Positions 1 through 8,320 of a stretch of 64,000 nt of DNA are shown here, piece after piece. Each line of letters begins with the position of its first letter. The stretch's first letter is position 1. The notes below the pieces were generated by a model. The model was given only the letters and a program-made list of their open reading frames with translations. It did not search any database and was not told the origin of the DNA. A program made the translations under genes and the position numbers. The stretch is from Terriglobales bacterium (lineage in GTDB: Bacteria > Acidobacteriota > Terriglobia > Terriglobales > Acidobacteriaceae): the NCBI GenBank assembly GCA_051006995.1, contig JBPCSQ010000022.1, forward strand, positions 8,047 to 72,046, written 5' to 3'.

Positions 1-333
1 CTGCGCTTTTATCCGAACACCGATCTCGCCGGCAACGCGCAGTTTTATCTCGCCGATCTCGAATACCGCCAGGGCAACTACGAAGCGGCGGTGAAGGACT
101 ATGACAAAGTCCTGGAGCAGTATCCCAGCGGCAACAAGGCGCCGGCGGCGCAACTGAAGAAGGGCTTCGCGTTGCTGGAACTCGGCCAGAAGAACGAAGG
201 CGTGCGCGAGCTGAACAGCCTGATCCAGCGCTATCCGCGCTCGCTCGAAGCGGACCAGGCCCGCAAGCGCCTGGCATCGCTGGGCGCCACGCGGCCCGCG
301 CGACCGGCGGCAAAGAAGCCGCGAGGGGAGTAG
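1..333 (+). CDS. C-terminal part of a TPR-repeat periplasmic protein, YbgF/CpoB-like (5' end outside window)
   Basis: Frame 1 is open from base 1 (LRFYPNTDLAGNAQFYLADLEYRQGNYEAAVKDYDKVLEQYPSGNKAPAAQLKKGFALLELGQ...). The TPR-like repeats resemble the YbgF C-terminus. The track lists only the part from the internal Met at 91. Confidence 0.55.
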   Translation: MRFYPNTDLAGNAQFYLADLEYRQGNYEAAVKDYDKVLEQYPSGNKAPAAQLKKGFALLELGQKNEGVRELNSLIQRYPRSLEADQARKRLASLGATRPARPAAKKPRGE

Positions 334-337
334 GCAT

Positions 338-375
338 CAGGCTCTAGGCTTCAGCTCAGGCGCAAGGCTTCGGGC
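338..375 (+). repeat. Intergenic word repeat, copy 1 (AGGCTTCAG...AGGCGCAAGGCT)
   Basis: caggctctaggcttcagctcaggcgcaaggcttcggg. The 12-mer aggcgcaaggct at 358-369 recurs at 18086-18097 and 43943-43954, and as aggcgcaaggca at 815-826. Confidence 0.6.
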
Positions 376-383
376 GTTCCAGC

Positions 384-704
384 CTATTTCAGTTTTAGGC
401 TCCGCAAACACCAGCGGATTTCCTGCGCCATATCAACCACGCGCATGCCTTCCTTGACCATGAGCTTGCAGGAGATGGCGGTGTGCTGTTGGGTGCCCTC
501 ACCCATGTCGAAGGTGACGCGGCAGTACTGGCAGTCCTCGTTCCAGCAGAAGCGTCCGCAGGCCACGTCTTCCGGCGCCAGGTACTGCATGGCGCGCAGC
601 AGCATGTTGTCTTCGGGAACCTCGAACTCTTTTCCTGCGATGATGATCTTGACGAGTTTCTCGTATGGCCGGAACAGAGGCCCGGGGCTGCTCATGGGCG
701 GCAT
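384..704 (-). CDS. Small (2Fe-2S)-binding-like protein (Fer2_4-type fold)
   Basis: 106 aa. The pattern IIIAGKEFEVPEDNMLLRAMQY...CGRFC...CQYCRV...SCKLMVKEGMRV resembles the N-terminal 2Fe-2S domains of oxidoreductase subunits. Met4 (695) is an alternative start. Confidence 0.45.
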   Translation of the reverse strand: MPPMSSPGPLFRPYEKLVKIIIAGKEFEVPEDNMLLRAMQYLAPEDVACGRFCWNEDCQYCRVTFDMGEGTQQHTAISCKLMVKEGMRVVDMAQEIRWCLRSLKLK

Positions 705-740
705 TTTACAGCCGCTAGCCGCCAGCCCCTAGTCGCTAGA

Positions 741-771
741 GAGTTTTGAGTTGTGAGTTCTGAGTTGTGGG
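741..771 (+). repeat. Short tandem word repeat AGTTNTG x4
   Basis: gagttttg agttgtg agttctg agttgtg ggg, directly visible. A related GGAGTT word run lies at 1653-1690. Confidence 0.6.
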
Positions 772-1292
772 ACTGAGGCGCAAAGCCCAAGGCGCGAGGT
801 ACAAGGGAAAACGTAGGCGCAAGGCATCCAGCGCGAGCCGCAGCCAGCGGTCCGAGGGCTGCCTGGAATGGTTTGCTGTCCGCCTTGAGCCTTGTGCCGA
901 GCACCTCTTGAGCGTAAGCAAAAGGGCGGCCGCGGAGGGGAGTCCGGGCCGCCCGGGAACAGCCGGCCATGCGTAACCGGCCCTTGTTACAGGAGGCGAT
1001 CATCCGGAAGCGGCCGTCTGGGGACAGCCGGCTTCCGAATGCATGAGCGAAGACTTCAACCCAAAGCCTTCGTTAGGTCAGACCCATTTATCGCAGAGAA
1101 GTTGCGGTGCGCCGCGCCAGGGCTAAAGCCCTTTCTTTGTAGAAGCGGTTTCACCGGGCTAAAGCCCGGTGCTCCCACCGAATGTTTGCCGAGCGGTTTC
1201 ACCCGAATCCCGGATTCCCCATTCTTGATTCTGCATTCGTGTTGTGGGCAACGGCAGCCTGCGATTTCGCCATCTGCTGAACGAGGAGTCTT

Positions 1293-1643
1293 ATGCCAAA
1301 TAAACCACCGCGTAATGATGTGGACGGCGGCAAGGGCGCCGTGGAGCAGGACCGCAGATCGCAGAACACCAACACTTCTCTCAACGGACAGCTTGCGCAC
1401 CGAACCAATGATCCGCTGGTGAAGGCCAGCGACTCCGATTTTCCTGAGCCGGACGGTGGCGATGAGCACACCGGAGAGCGTGAAGACTACGACCTGGCGC
1501 GCAAGGCGGCGGTGCGTGGCGGGGCACCGCGCGGGACTCCCGCCAATGAAGATGATCCGGAAGGCGCGCAGCAGGACCAGGATCCCGACCAACGCCCGAA
1601 GCAAAATCAGGGCGGGAAGAAGGACGATCCGCTGGCGGCGTAA
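1293..1643 (+). CDS. Small hydrophilic, probably disordered hypothetical protein
   Basis: 116 aa rich in D/E/N/Q/G/P. A GAGGAG Shine-Dalgarno lies 6 nt before the ATG and a strong terminator hairpin follows. I recognise no domain. Confidence 0.5.
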   Translation: MPNKPPRNDVDGGKGAVEQDRRSQNTNTSLNGQLAHRTNDPLVKASDSDFPEPDGGDEHTGEREDYDLARKAAVRGGAPRGTPANEDDPEGAQQDQDPDQRPKQNQGGKKDDPLAA

Positions 1644-1702
1644 ACACGAGTGAGGAGTTGGTAGTTAGGAGTTAGCGGCCGCGGAGTTGAGCGGACAACA
1701 AT

Positions 1703-1735
1703 AAAGCCCCGCATCCGGCGGGGCTTTTGATTTTC
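1703..1735. terminator. Bidirectional rho-independent terminator
   Basis: aaaGCCCCGCatccgGCGGGGCttttgatttt. The 7-bp GC stem has A/T runs on both sides. It sits between the convergent 1293..1643 (+) and korB (-) genes. Confidence 0.7.
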
Positions 1736-1759
1736 CTAACTCCTAACTAGCAACCGCTG

Positions 1760-2806
1760 CTAACGAAGTTCTTCCATACACTGCTCCAGGACTTCTCGCG
1801 AGGGGCGAACCACCGACTCGGGCAGCGTGGCCAGCGGCTCGTCCACCACATTGAGCAGGTCCATGAAAGTCGGCGCCTTGGTATTGACGTAAAACACGCC
1901 GGTAAGGATTTCGCCCTTATCGTGCGCCTCGGCCAGGCGCTTGAGTCCTTCGGCCTTATTGGTCGGGTCGTATTCTTCTTCGATCTTGCGCAGACGCAGA
2001 CGCGAGCCGTCGTGCATGCTGACGTCTACGGTCGCCCCGGCCTCGTACTCCACGTCAATATCCTCAAACGACGGCACGAAATTCACTTCCTGGAGCGGCT
2101 CGTCGTGGTCCTTGGTGAACTTGTAGGACTTGGTGGAGCCCTCGTGATCATTGAAGGTCACGCACGGCGAAATAACGTCGAGCATGGCGGTGCCGCTGTG
2201 GGCGATGGCGGCCTTCAGCATGGCGAGCAGTTGCTTCTTGTCGCCGGAGAAGGAGCGGCCGACGTAGGTTGCGCCCAGCATGATGGCCAGCGAGCAAGTG
2301 TCAATCGGCGGCAGGTCATTGACCACGCCACTCTTGAGTTTCGAGCCGATGTCGGCGGTGGCGGAGAACTGGCCCTTGGTGAGACCGTACACGCCGTTGT
2401 CCTCGATGATGTAGATCATCGGCATGTTGCGGCGCATGAGATGAACGAACTGGCCGATGCCAATGGAGGCGGTGTCGCCGTCGCCGCTGACGCCGAGCGC
2501 GATGAGCTTGTGGTTGGCCAGCAGCGCGCCGGTGGTCACCGACGGCATGCGGCCGTGCACGGCGTTAAAGCTGTGGGAGCGGCCCATGAAGTACGCCGGG
2601 CTCTTGGAGGAGCATCCGATGCCGGAGGGTTTGATGACGCGCTCGGGTTGAATGCCCATTTCGTACATGGCATCAATGATGCGCTCGGAGATGGCGTTGT
2701 GGCCGCAGCCGGCGCAGAGGGTGGTCTTACCGCCGCGGTAGTCAATGACGGTCAGCCCGATGCGATTGGTCTTCTGCGGCGATTGAGAAGTAGGAGTCGT
2801 TGCCAT
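1760..2806 (-). CDS. korB: 2-oxoacid:ferredoxin oxidoreductase, beta (TPP-binding) subunit
   Basis: 348 aa. It has CAGCGH near the N-terminus and a TPP-binding GDGD...IGIGQF..IIEDNGVYGLTKGQ motif. It lies 2 nt downstream of the alpha subunit gene. Confidence 0.85.
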   Translation of the reverse strand: MATTPTSQSPQKTNRIGLTVIDYRGGKTTLCAGCGHNAISERIIDAMYEMGIQPERVIKPSGIGCSSKSPAYFMGRSHSFNAVHGRMPSVTTGALLANHKLIALGVSGDGDTASIGIGQFVHLMRRNMPMIYIIEDNGVYGLTKGQFSATADIGSKLKSGVVNDLPPIDTCSLAIMLGATYVGRSFSGDKKQLLAMLKAAIAHSGTAMLDVISPCVTFNDHEGSTKSYKFTKDHDEPLQEVNFVPSFEDIDVEYEAGATVDVSMHDGSRLRLRKIEEEYDPTNKAEGLKRLAEAHDKGEILTGVFYVNTKAPTFMDLLNVVDEPLATLPESVVRPSREVLEQCMEELR

Positions 2807-2808
2807 AA

Positions 2809-4647
2809 TTACCGGCCTTCCTGGGAAATGATGTCGTCGGTTACGGAGCGGGCGTCAATCGGCAAGCCATTCCAGTGACGGACGCTGTGCAGTTTGGTGA
2901 GCTGCGCTGGATCGAGGTCGATCTTCAGCAGTTGCAGCATCTGCGCGTCGCGGTTCTGGTCCACCACGTAGACGCGTTCGTGCGAGGCGACGAACTCGTG
3001 CACGTCGCGATTGAACGGGTAAGCGCGGAGGCGGAGGTAGTCGGCTTCGACGCCGTACTCCTTGCGCAATTGGTCGCGGCTTTCCACCAGCGCCCAGTGC
3101 GAGGTGCCGTAGGCGATGATGCCAATCTTCGATTTGCCGTTCTGGACCATCTCAGGCTTGGGCACATGCGAGCGCGCGGTGTCGAACTTACGATCGAGGC
3201 GCTCCATGTTGTTCATGTAGTCGTCGGGACGCTCGCTGTACTGCGCCTTGTCGTTGTGCCCGCTGCCACGGGTGAAGTAGGCGGCAGCAGGATGCTCGGT
3301 ACCGGGAAGGGTGCGATAGCCGATACCGTCGCCGTCCACATCCTTGTAGCGAGCGAACTCGCCGAGGCGGTCGAGATCCTTCTTAGTGAGCACCTTGCCG
3401 CGGGAGATGGGCTTGTCGGGATACTGGAAGGGTTCGGACATCCAGTTGTTCATTCCGAGATCGAGATCGGAAAGAACGAAGACGGGCGTTTGGAATTGCT
3501 CGGCCAGGTTGAACGCTTCTCCCGCCATGCTGAAGCACTCGTGCACGGAAGAAGGGAACAGCATGATGTGCCGGGTGTCGCCGTGGGAGAGGAATGCCGT
3601 GGAAAGCACATCGCCCTGCGCGGTCCGCGTCGGCAAACCGGTGGAAGGCCCAACGCGCTGGATGTTCCAGATGACGCCGGGCACCTCGGCGTAATAGCCG
3701 AGGCCGGTGAATTCGGCCATGAGCGAGATGCCCGGGCCGGCGGTGGCGGTCATGGAGCGCGCGCCCGCCCAACCCGCGCCCAGCACCATGCCGATGGCGG
3801 CAAGTTCGTCTTCAGCCTGGACAATGGCGAAGGTCGCTTTGCCCTCTTTATTGATGCGGTATTCCTTCATGTACTCGATGAGGGTCTCGACAAGCGAAGA
3901 CGAGGGCGTGATCGGGTACCAGGTGACCACGGTGACGCCGGCAAACATGCAGCCGAGTGCGGCGGCGGAGTTGCCGTCAATGATGATCTTGCCCTGGTTC
4001 TTGTCCATGCGCTCGATGCTGAAAGGATCGGCCTTGGGCAGGGAAGCGACGGCGTAGTCATAGCCGGCCTTGGCGGCATTGACGTTAAGGTCCGCGGCCT
4101 TCACCTTGCGCCCGAACTGCTTGCGGATGGCCTTCTCGACCTCGGTCATGTCGAGCTTCAGGATCTGCGCCACCACGCCGACGTAAATCATGTTCTTGAC
4201 CAGCTTGCGCAGCTTGGCTTCGGGGCAGACGGTGGCGACCAACTTGTCGAACGGCACCGAATAAAACGAGAGGTCCTGGCGCAACGAGCGGAGGTTGAGA
4301 GGCTCGTCGTAGAGGGCGGCGGCGCCTGGCGCCAGCGACATTACATCCTCGTGCGCGGTTTCCGGGTTCATGGCGACGAGGAAATCAATTTCCTTTTTGC
4401 GCGCGATGTACCCGTCCTTGTTGGCGCGAATGGTGTACCAAGTGGGCAAACCGGCGATGTTGGAGGGGAACAGGTTCTTGCCGGAGACAGGCACGCCCAT
4501 CTGGAAGATGGTGCGCAGCAGGACCGTGTTCGCCGATTGCGAGCCGGAGCCGTTGACCGTGGCCACCTGCAGAGAAAAATCGTTAACTACGCGCTTCTGC
4601 TCGAGGCGGCTGGAGAGTTCTTGCGCCCCGATGTCAGTCGTTGCCAT
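2809..4647 (-). CDS. korA: 2-oxoacid:ferredoxin oxidoreductase, alpha subunit (fused gamma+alpha domains)
   Basis: 612 aa. The N-terminal part is a POR gamma-like domain (GSGSQSANTVLLRTIF). The central part is a pyrimidine-binding domain (ITPSS..., ATAGPGISLMAE). Confidence 0.85.
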   Translation of the reverse strand: MATTDIGAQELSSRLEQKRVVNDFSLQVATVNGSGSQSANTVLLRTIFQMGVPVSGKNLFPSNIAGLPTWYTIRANKDGYIARKKEIDFLVAMNPETAHEDVMSLAPGAAALYDEPLNLRSLRQDLSFYSVPFDKLVATVCPEAKLRKLVKNMIYVGVVAQILKLDMTEVEKAIRKQFGRKVKAADLNVNAAKAGYDYAVASLPKADPFSIERMDKNQGKIIIDGNSAAALGCMFAGVTVVTWYPITPSSSLVETLIEYMKEYRINKEGKATFAIVQAEDELAAIGMVLGAGWAGARSMTATAGPGISLMAEFTGLGYYAEVPGVIWNIQRVGPSTGLPTRTAQGDVLSTAFLSHGDTRHIMLFPSSVHECFSMAGEAFNLAEQFQTPVFVLSDLDLGMNNWMSEPFQYPDKPISRGKVLTKKDLDRLGEFARYKDVDGDGIGYRTLPGTEHPAAAYFTRGSGHNDKAQYSERPDDYMNNMERLDRKFDTARSHVPKPEMVQNGKSKIGIIAYGTSHWALVESRDQLRKEYGVEADYLRLRAYPFNRDVHEFVASHERVYVVDQNRDAQMLQLLKIDLDPAQLTKLHSVRHWNGLPIDARSVTDDIISQEGR

Positions 4648-4893
4648 GAATCGCCATCCTTTTCAGTGCAGCGGGTTCCACAATTAGGGGTAGGAATTCA
4701 TTTCATTATACGGCACCCAGTGGGACGCGGGCGAGGCGCGAAAACAGCGGCAGCATTGGTCATACCAGTCCCGTACACCGCACGATCAATTGGATGATCC
4801 TGTGGTCGCACGGATTCTATATCGTACTGCGATATGTTGCAATCACGGGGGCCCTGGCCAGTACCCACATCTGCCAAGCCCGGGCACCGCAGA

Positions 4894-4920
4894 CAAAAAA
4901 AGGCGGGCCGCAGCCCGCCT
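4894..4920 (-). terminator. Rho-independent terminator of the TPR lipoprotein gene
   Basis: The minus strand reads GGCGGGCTGCGGCCCGCC followed by TTTTTTTT, 25 nt past the stop at 4945. Confidence 0.7.
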
Positions 4921-4944
4921 GGAAATTACTGTTCAAACAGAACG

Positions 4945-6267
4945 CTACTGCGGTGGTTTGCGGCGCGCCGGCGCCTTATGGGCGGGAGCCTTGGCCGCGG
5001 GCTTGGCCGACTTGGTTTGCACCAGCGTGCCTTCGTTCATGTGGATCATGAAGGGACTCGCGTCGTAGGTGTCGGGAACGCCTTCCACCTGCGTCTGCGC
5101 GCCGGTCTTGGGCATGAGCGTGGCCGGGATGGGAGCCTTCATGGTGAGGTCCACATCGGCCTTGTTCTGCTGGATATCGTCGGCGGTGGCGGCCAGCATG
5201 AGCCTGGTCTTGCCGGCATCAATGACTTTGGCGACAAAAGCAATGGGTTTGCCCTTGATCTGGTTCCAGACCTGGTCTGCGGCTTGCTGATTTCCGGAGG
5301 TCAGGATGAGCTGGAATTCGTCAAATGACATCTGCGCGACGGGCTTGGAGGCGGCGAGTTTAGCTGCCTGCTCGGCGGGCGTGGGCGCCGGCTGCACGGC
5401 GAAACCCTGGGGCGGATCGGGAGTGGTCTTGGCCTGCGCCAGGAGCTGGTCCCAACCGTCCTCGCCTCCATGATAGACGCGGTAGGCACGCTTGCCGTAG
5501 GCGGCAATCTGGGCCTCGGCGGGCGTGCCGGAAGCCAGATTGGCGGCGCGGGCGATGTACCAGAGACCGCGAACGTCCTGCGGCTTCTGTTGCAAGTAGG
5601 CCAGCGCCAGCGGATAGACGTTACGCAAATCGGTGGGCTGGGCCTGGACGGCCTGGGTCAAATAGCGCGAGGCATTGGCGTAATCTTTCTGCTGCAAAGC
5701 GGCCATGCCGGCGGCGCCGGCGAAAATCGCGGAGGTCTGCGACTTCAATTTCTCCCAATCGGCGGCGCTCAACTCGGGCGGCTTGGCCGCGCTCTGCAGA
5801 GCTTGCAGACCTTTTTGCGCGTACTGCGATGCCTGCTGCAAAGCGGTGGCGGCGTTCGGCCCGCCCTGCTCGGCCTGCTGGCGGGCAAGATAGGTCAGCA
5901 GGGCAAGAGCGCGCAGGTTGCCGGGATCACCCTGGAGCAGGCGATTGGCGGCGTCCACCACTTTCTGCTGGTTGCCGAGCTGCTGGTAGGTCGCCATCAG
6001 CAACTCCAGCGCGCCGACCTTGACCACGCTATTGGGATACTGCTGGAGAAAGGTTTCCAGCGCCTGGGCCTTGGCGTTGGGATCGGACTGGTTGAGCGCG
6101 GTGACGTAGGCGTTATATTCGGCGGGGTCTTTGATGGTGGGACCGGCCGCGGCTTGTCCCCCCTGCGCCTGCGCTTGTCCGCCCGGCGCTTGTGTCTGCG
6201 CGCTATCCTGCTGCGCCATGGCTACGACGGTCAGCAACAGCACCACCACGATGAGCGACTTCTTCAT
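4945..6267 (-). CDS. Secreted TPR-repeat protein
   Basis: I place the start at MKKSLIVVVLLLTVVAMAQQ (signal peptide), with GGAG 7 nt upstream. There is a low-complexity Q/A/G linker and then TPR-like repeats. The track ORF extends 16 codons further upstream. Confidence 0.7.
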   Translation of the reverse strand: MKKSLIVVVLLLTVVAMAQQDSAQTQAPGGQAQAQGGQAAAGPTIKDPAEYNAYVTALNQSDPNAKAQALETFLQQYPNSVVKVGALELLMATYQQLGNQQKVVDAANRLLQGDPGNLRALALLTYLARQQAEQGGPNAATALQQASQYAQKGLQALQSAAKPPELSAADWEKLKSQTSAIFAGAAGMAALQQKDYANASRYLTQAVQAQPTDLRNVYPLALAYLQQKPQDVRGLWYIARAANLASGTPAEAQIAAYGKRAYRVYHGGEDGWDQLLAQAKTTPDPPQGFAVQPAPTPAEQAAKLAASKPVAQMSFDEFQLILTSGNQQAADQVWNQIKGKPIAFVAKVIDAGKTRLMLAATADDIQQNKADVDLTMKAPIPATLMPKTGAQTQVEGVPDTYDASPFMIHMNEGTLVQTKSAKPAAKAPAHKAPARRKPPQ

Positions 6268-6568
6268 GCACTGGCTCCTTCGACTCTCGGGAAAGTAGCG
6301 ATGTCTTCCACGCACAGGGTCATGCGGAGATCACACGCACGGCTTGACAGCATCCGTGCCGGGGCCCGGAAACGGCGAATTCTTACTACCGCCCGCCCTG
6401 ATTCCGCTTCTAAAGAGCAGGACGCTCAGAGGCAAGGGATTATAAGAACCGCCTCGTACAAAGGCAAGTTACGACACGGGTGCGGCTTTCCTTTGCAAGT
6501 TGGATGCCGAAGGGATGCTGCTGGATGTTTTCTCCGGAGCAGGGTAGTCGAAAGGAAGAACAACGGCG

Positions 6569-7297
6569 ATGAAGGCGGAAACAGCGAAGCCGCTGGGCGG
6601 CAAAGTGGCGGTGGTCACGGGCGGAGGACGCGGTATCGGAGCGGCGATTTCGCGCCGGTTGGCGGAACTCGGCGCGGCGACGGTGATCTGCGGGCGCTCG
6701 CAGACGACCCTTGACAAGGCGGCGGCGATGATGGGAACAAATGCCGCGACCGTGGAGCCAATTGTCTGCGACATTACTCATCTGGCCTCGGTGGAGGCGC
6801 TGGCCGCGCAGGTGCAGAAGAAGTTCGGCCGCTGCGACATCCTGATCAACAACGCGGGCGTGGGCGCGTTCAGCACGCCGCTGCACCAGCTTTCGCCGGA
6901 GGTCTGGGACCGGGTGATGGAAACGAACCTGCGCGGCGTGTACTACATGATCCGCGCGTTTGCGCCGATGATGATGGCGGCCGGAGGCGGGGATATCGTC
7001 AACATCTCTTCGATCGCGGGAAAAAACGCACTGGCCAATGGCGCGGCGTACGCCGCTTCCAAATGGGGACTGAACGGGCTGAGCTATTCGGTCGCCGAGG
7101 AGCTACGCGGGCACAAGATCCGGGTGAGCGTGGTTTGTCCGGGCAGCACGGTGAGCGAGTTGAGCCCACACGAGGGACGCGACTCGCGCAAAATGCTGCA
7201 AGCCAGCGACGTGGCGCACGTGGTCGAGATGTTGGTGACGCAAGCGCCGCAATCGTTCGCCAGCGAAGTGGTGCTGCGGCCGACGCAGAAACCCTGA
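6569..7297 (+). CDS. Short-chain dehydrogenase/reductase (SDR) family oxidoreductase
   Basis: It has a TGGGRGIG Rossmann motif, NNAG, and a S...YAASK catalytic motif. Length is 242 aa. Confidence 0.85.
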   Translation: MKAETAKPLGGKVAVVTGGGRGIGAAISRRLAELGAATVICGRSQTTLDKAAAMMGTNAATVEPIVCDITHLASVEALAAQVQKKFGRCDILINNAGVGAFSTPLHQLSPEVWDRVMETNLRGVYYMIRAFAPMMMAAGGGDIVNISSIAGKNALANGAAYAASKWGLNGLSYSVAEELRGHKIRVSVVCPGSTVSELSPHEGRDSRKMLQASDVAHVVEMLVTQAPQSFASEVVLRPTQKP

Positions 7298-7419
7298 GGG
7301 AATTGCGGAGTTACGGAATTGGGTAATCGCCTCAATCGTAGCTCCACGGCAGGTTTGTATTTCGCCATAGCGGGTGCTAACATCCCCAACCTTAGGCATC
7401 CTCCAGGAGGTTGTGCTGT

Positions 7420-7728
7420 ATGTCCGACAGAGAAGGAAATGGCTTCTTGTGGTTCCTGACCGGCTTGGGCATCGGGGCGGCGATCGGCGTTTTGTACGCG
7501 CCGCGCTCCGGACGTGAAACGCGGGAGACGCTGATCAGCCGGGCCGAGGAAGGCCGCGACCTGGTGAAAGAGCGCGCGCAGCGCGCCCGCGAGCAGGCCA
7601 ACGATTGGGTGGAGAAGGGCCGCGACGTTCTGAACCAGCAGAAAGAGCAGTTCAAGAGCGCCTACGACGCGGGCCGGCAAGCCTATCGGGAGGCGACCAG
7701 CGAGGCGCCCGGAGGCAAGAACGTCTAG
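7420..7728 (+). CDS. YtxH domain-containing (general-stress-like) protein
   Basis: GFLWFLTGLGIGAAIGVLYAPRSGRETRE is followed by a coiled-coil-like charged tail. AGGAGG lies 9 nt before the ATG at 7420. The track start (TTG 7411) is less likely. Confidence 0.75.
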   Translation: MSDREGNGFLWFLTGLGIGAAIGVLYAPRSGRETRETLISRAEEGRDLVKERAQRAREQANDWVEKGRDVLNQQKEQFKSAYDAGRQAYREATSEAPGGKNV

Positions 7729-7746
7729 GGCCGCGAGTAATCATCT

Positions 7747-8247
7747 ATGGAGAGCCGCTTCGACATTCTGCTGATCGAACTGGGAGTCGGTATCGCCGTC
7801 GAGATCGGCATCATGATCGCCATCTTGCTGGTGGTGAGGAAGAGCAGCGCCCGGGTGGAGTCGCTCGCCAACGAGGTCAAGAGCAAGGCATTGCCCACGC
7901 TGGAATCGGCCCAGGCACTGCTGGAGAGCTCACGGCCGAAGATCGAGGAGTTGATCACCAACGCCGCCGCATCGGCTGCCATGGTGAAGGCACAACTGGA
8001 GCGGGTGGACGGCACAGTCACCGACGTGGTGGACCGTACGCGCCTGCAGGTGATTCGCGCGGATGAGTTGGTGACGCGGACGCTCGATCGGGTGGAAGAA
8101 ACCACGGAACTGGTGCAGCACACGGTGGTTTCGCCGGTGCGTCACATCGCCGGCATCGTCTCGGGCGTAACCGCCGTGCTGGGAAATTTACTCGGCCACC
8201 GGGGCCGTACGCGCGAGGGAGCACCGCAAGATGAGATGTTCATCTAG
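7747..8247 (+). CDS. Membrane-anchored coiled-coil protein (DUF948-like)
   Basis: It has one N-terminal TM segment (ILLIELGVGIAVEIGIMIAILLVV) followed by a helical region. It lies 18 nt after the YtxH gene, so the two are probably co-transcribed. Confidence 0.5.
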   Translation: MESRFDILLIELGVGIAVEIGIMIAILLVVRKSSARVESLANEVKSKALPTLESAQALLESSRPKIEELITNAAASAAMVKAQLERVDGTVTDVVDRTRLQVIRADELVTRTLDRVEETTELVQHTVVSPVRHIAGIVSGVTAVLGNLLGHRGRTREGAPQDEMFI

Positions 8248-8283
8248 CCGCTAAACGCTAGTCGCCAGCAGAACTAAAGCAAT

Positions 8284-8312
8284 GCCCGCTTCGAACAGCG
8301 GGCTTTTGTTTT
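8284..8312 (+). terminator. Rho-independent terminator
   Basis: GCCCGCTtcgaacAGCGGGC followed by TTTTGTTTT. It also lies just downstream of the convergent thiO-like gene. Confidence 0.7.
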
Positions 8313-8320
8313 GGCGTGGA

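Noticed and set aside
767-1604. Several overlapping 60-180 aa ORFs in the 705-1292 spacer
   Set aside because: They overlap each other and are Arg/Pro/Gly-rich. They have no ribosome-binding sites or motifs. The region is better explained as repeat- and hairpin-rich non-coding DNA.
2875-4797. 640-aa ORF on the + strand
   Set aside because: It is fully antisense to the well-supported korA gene. Its Arg/Gly/Ala/His-rich composition is typical of GC-rich shadow frames. I see no recognisable motif.
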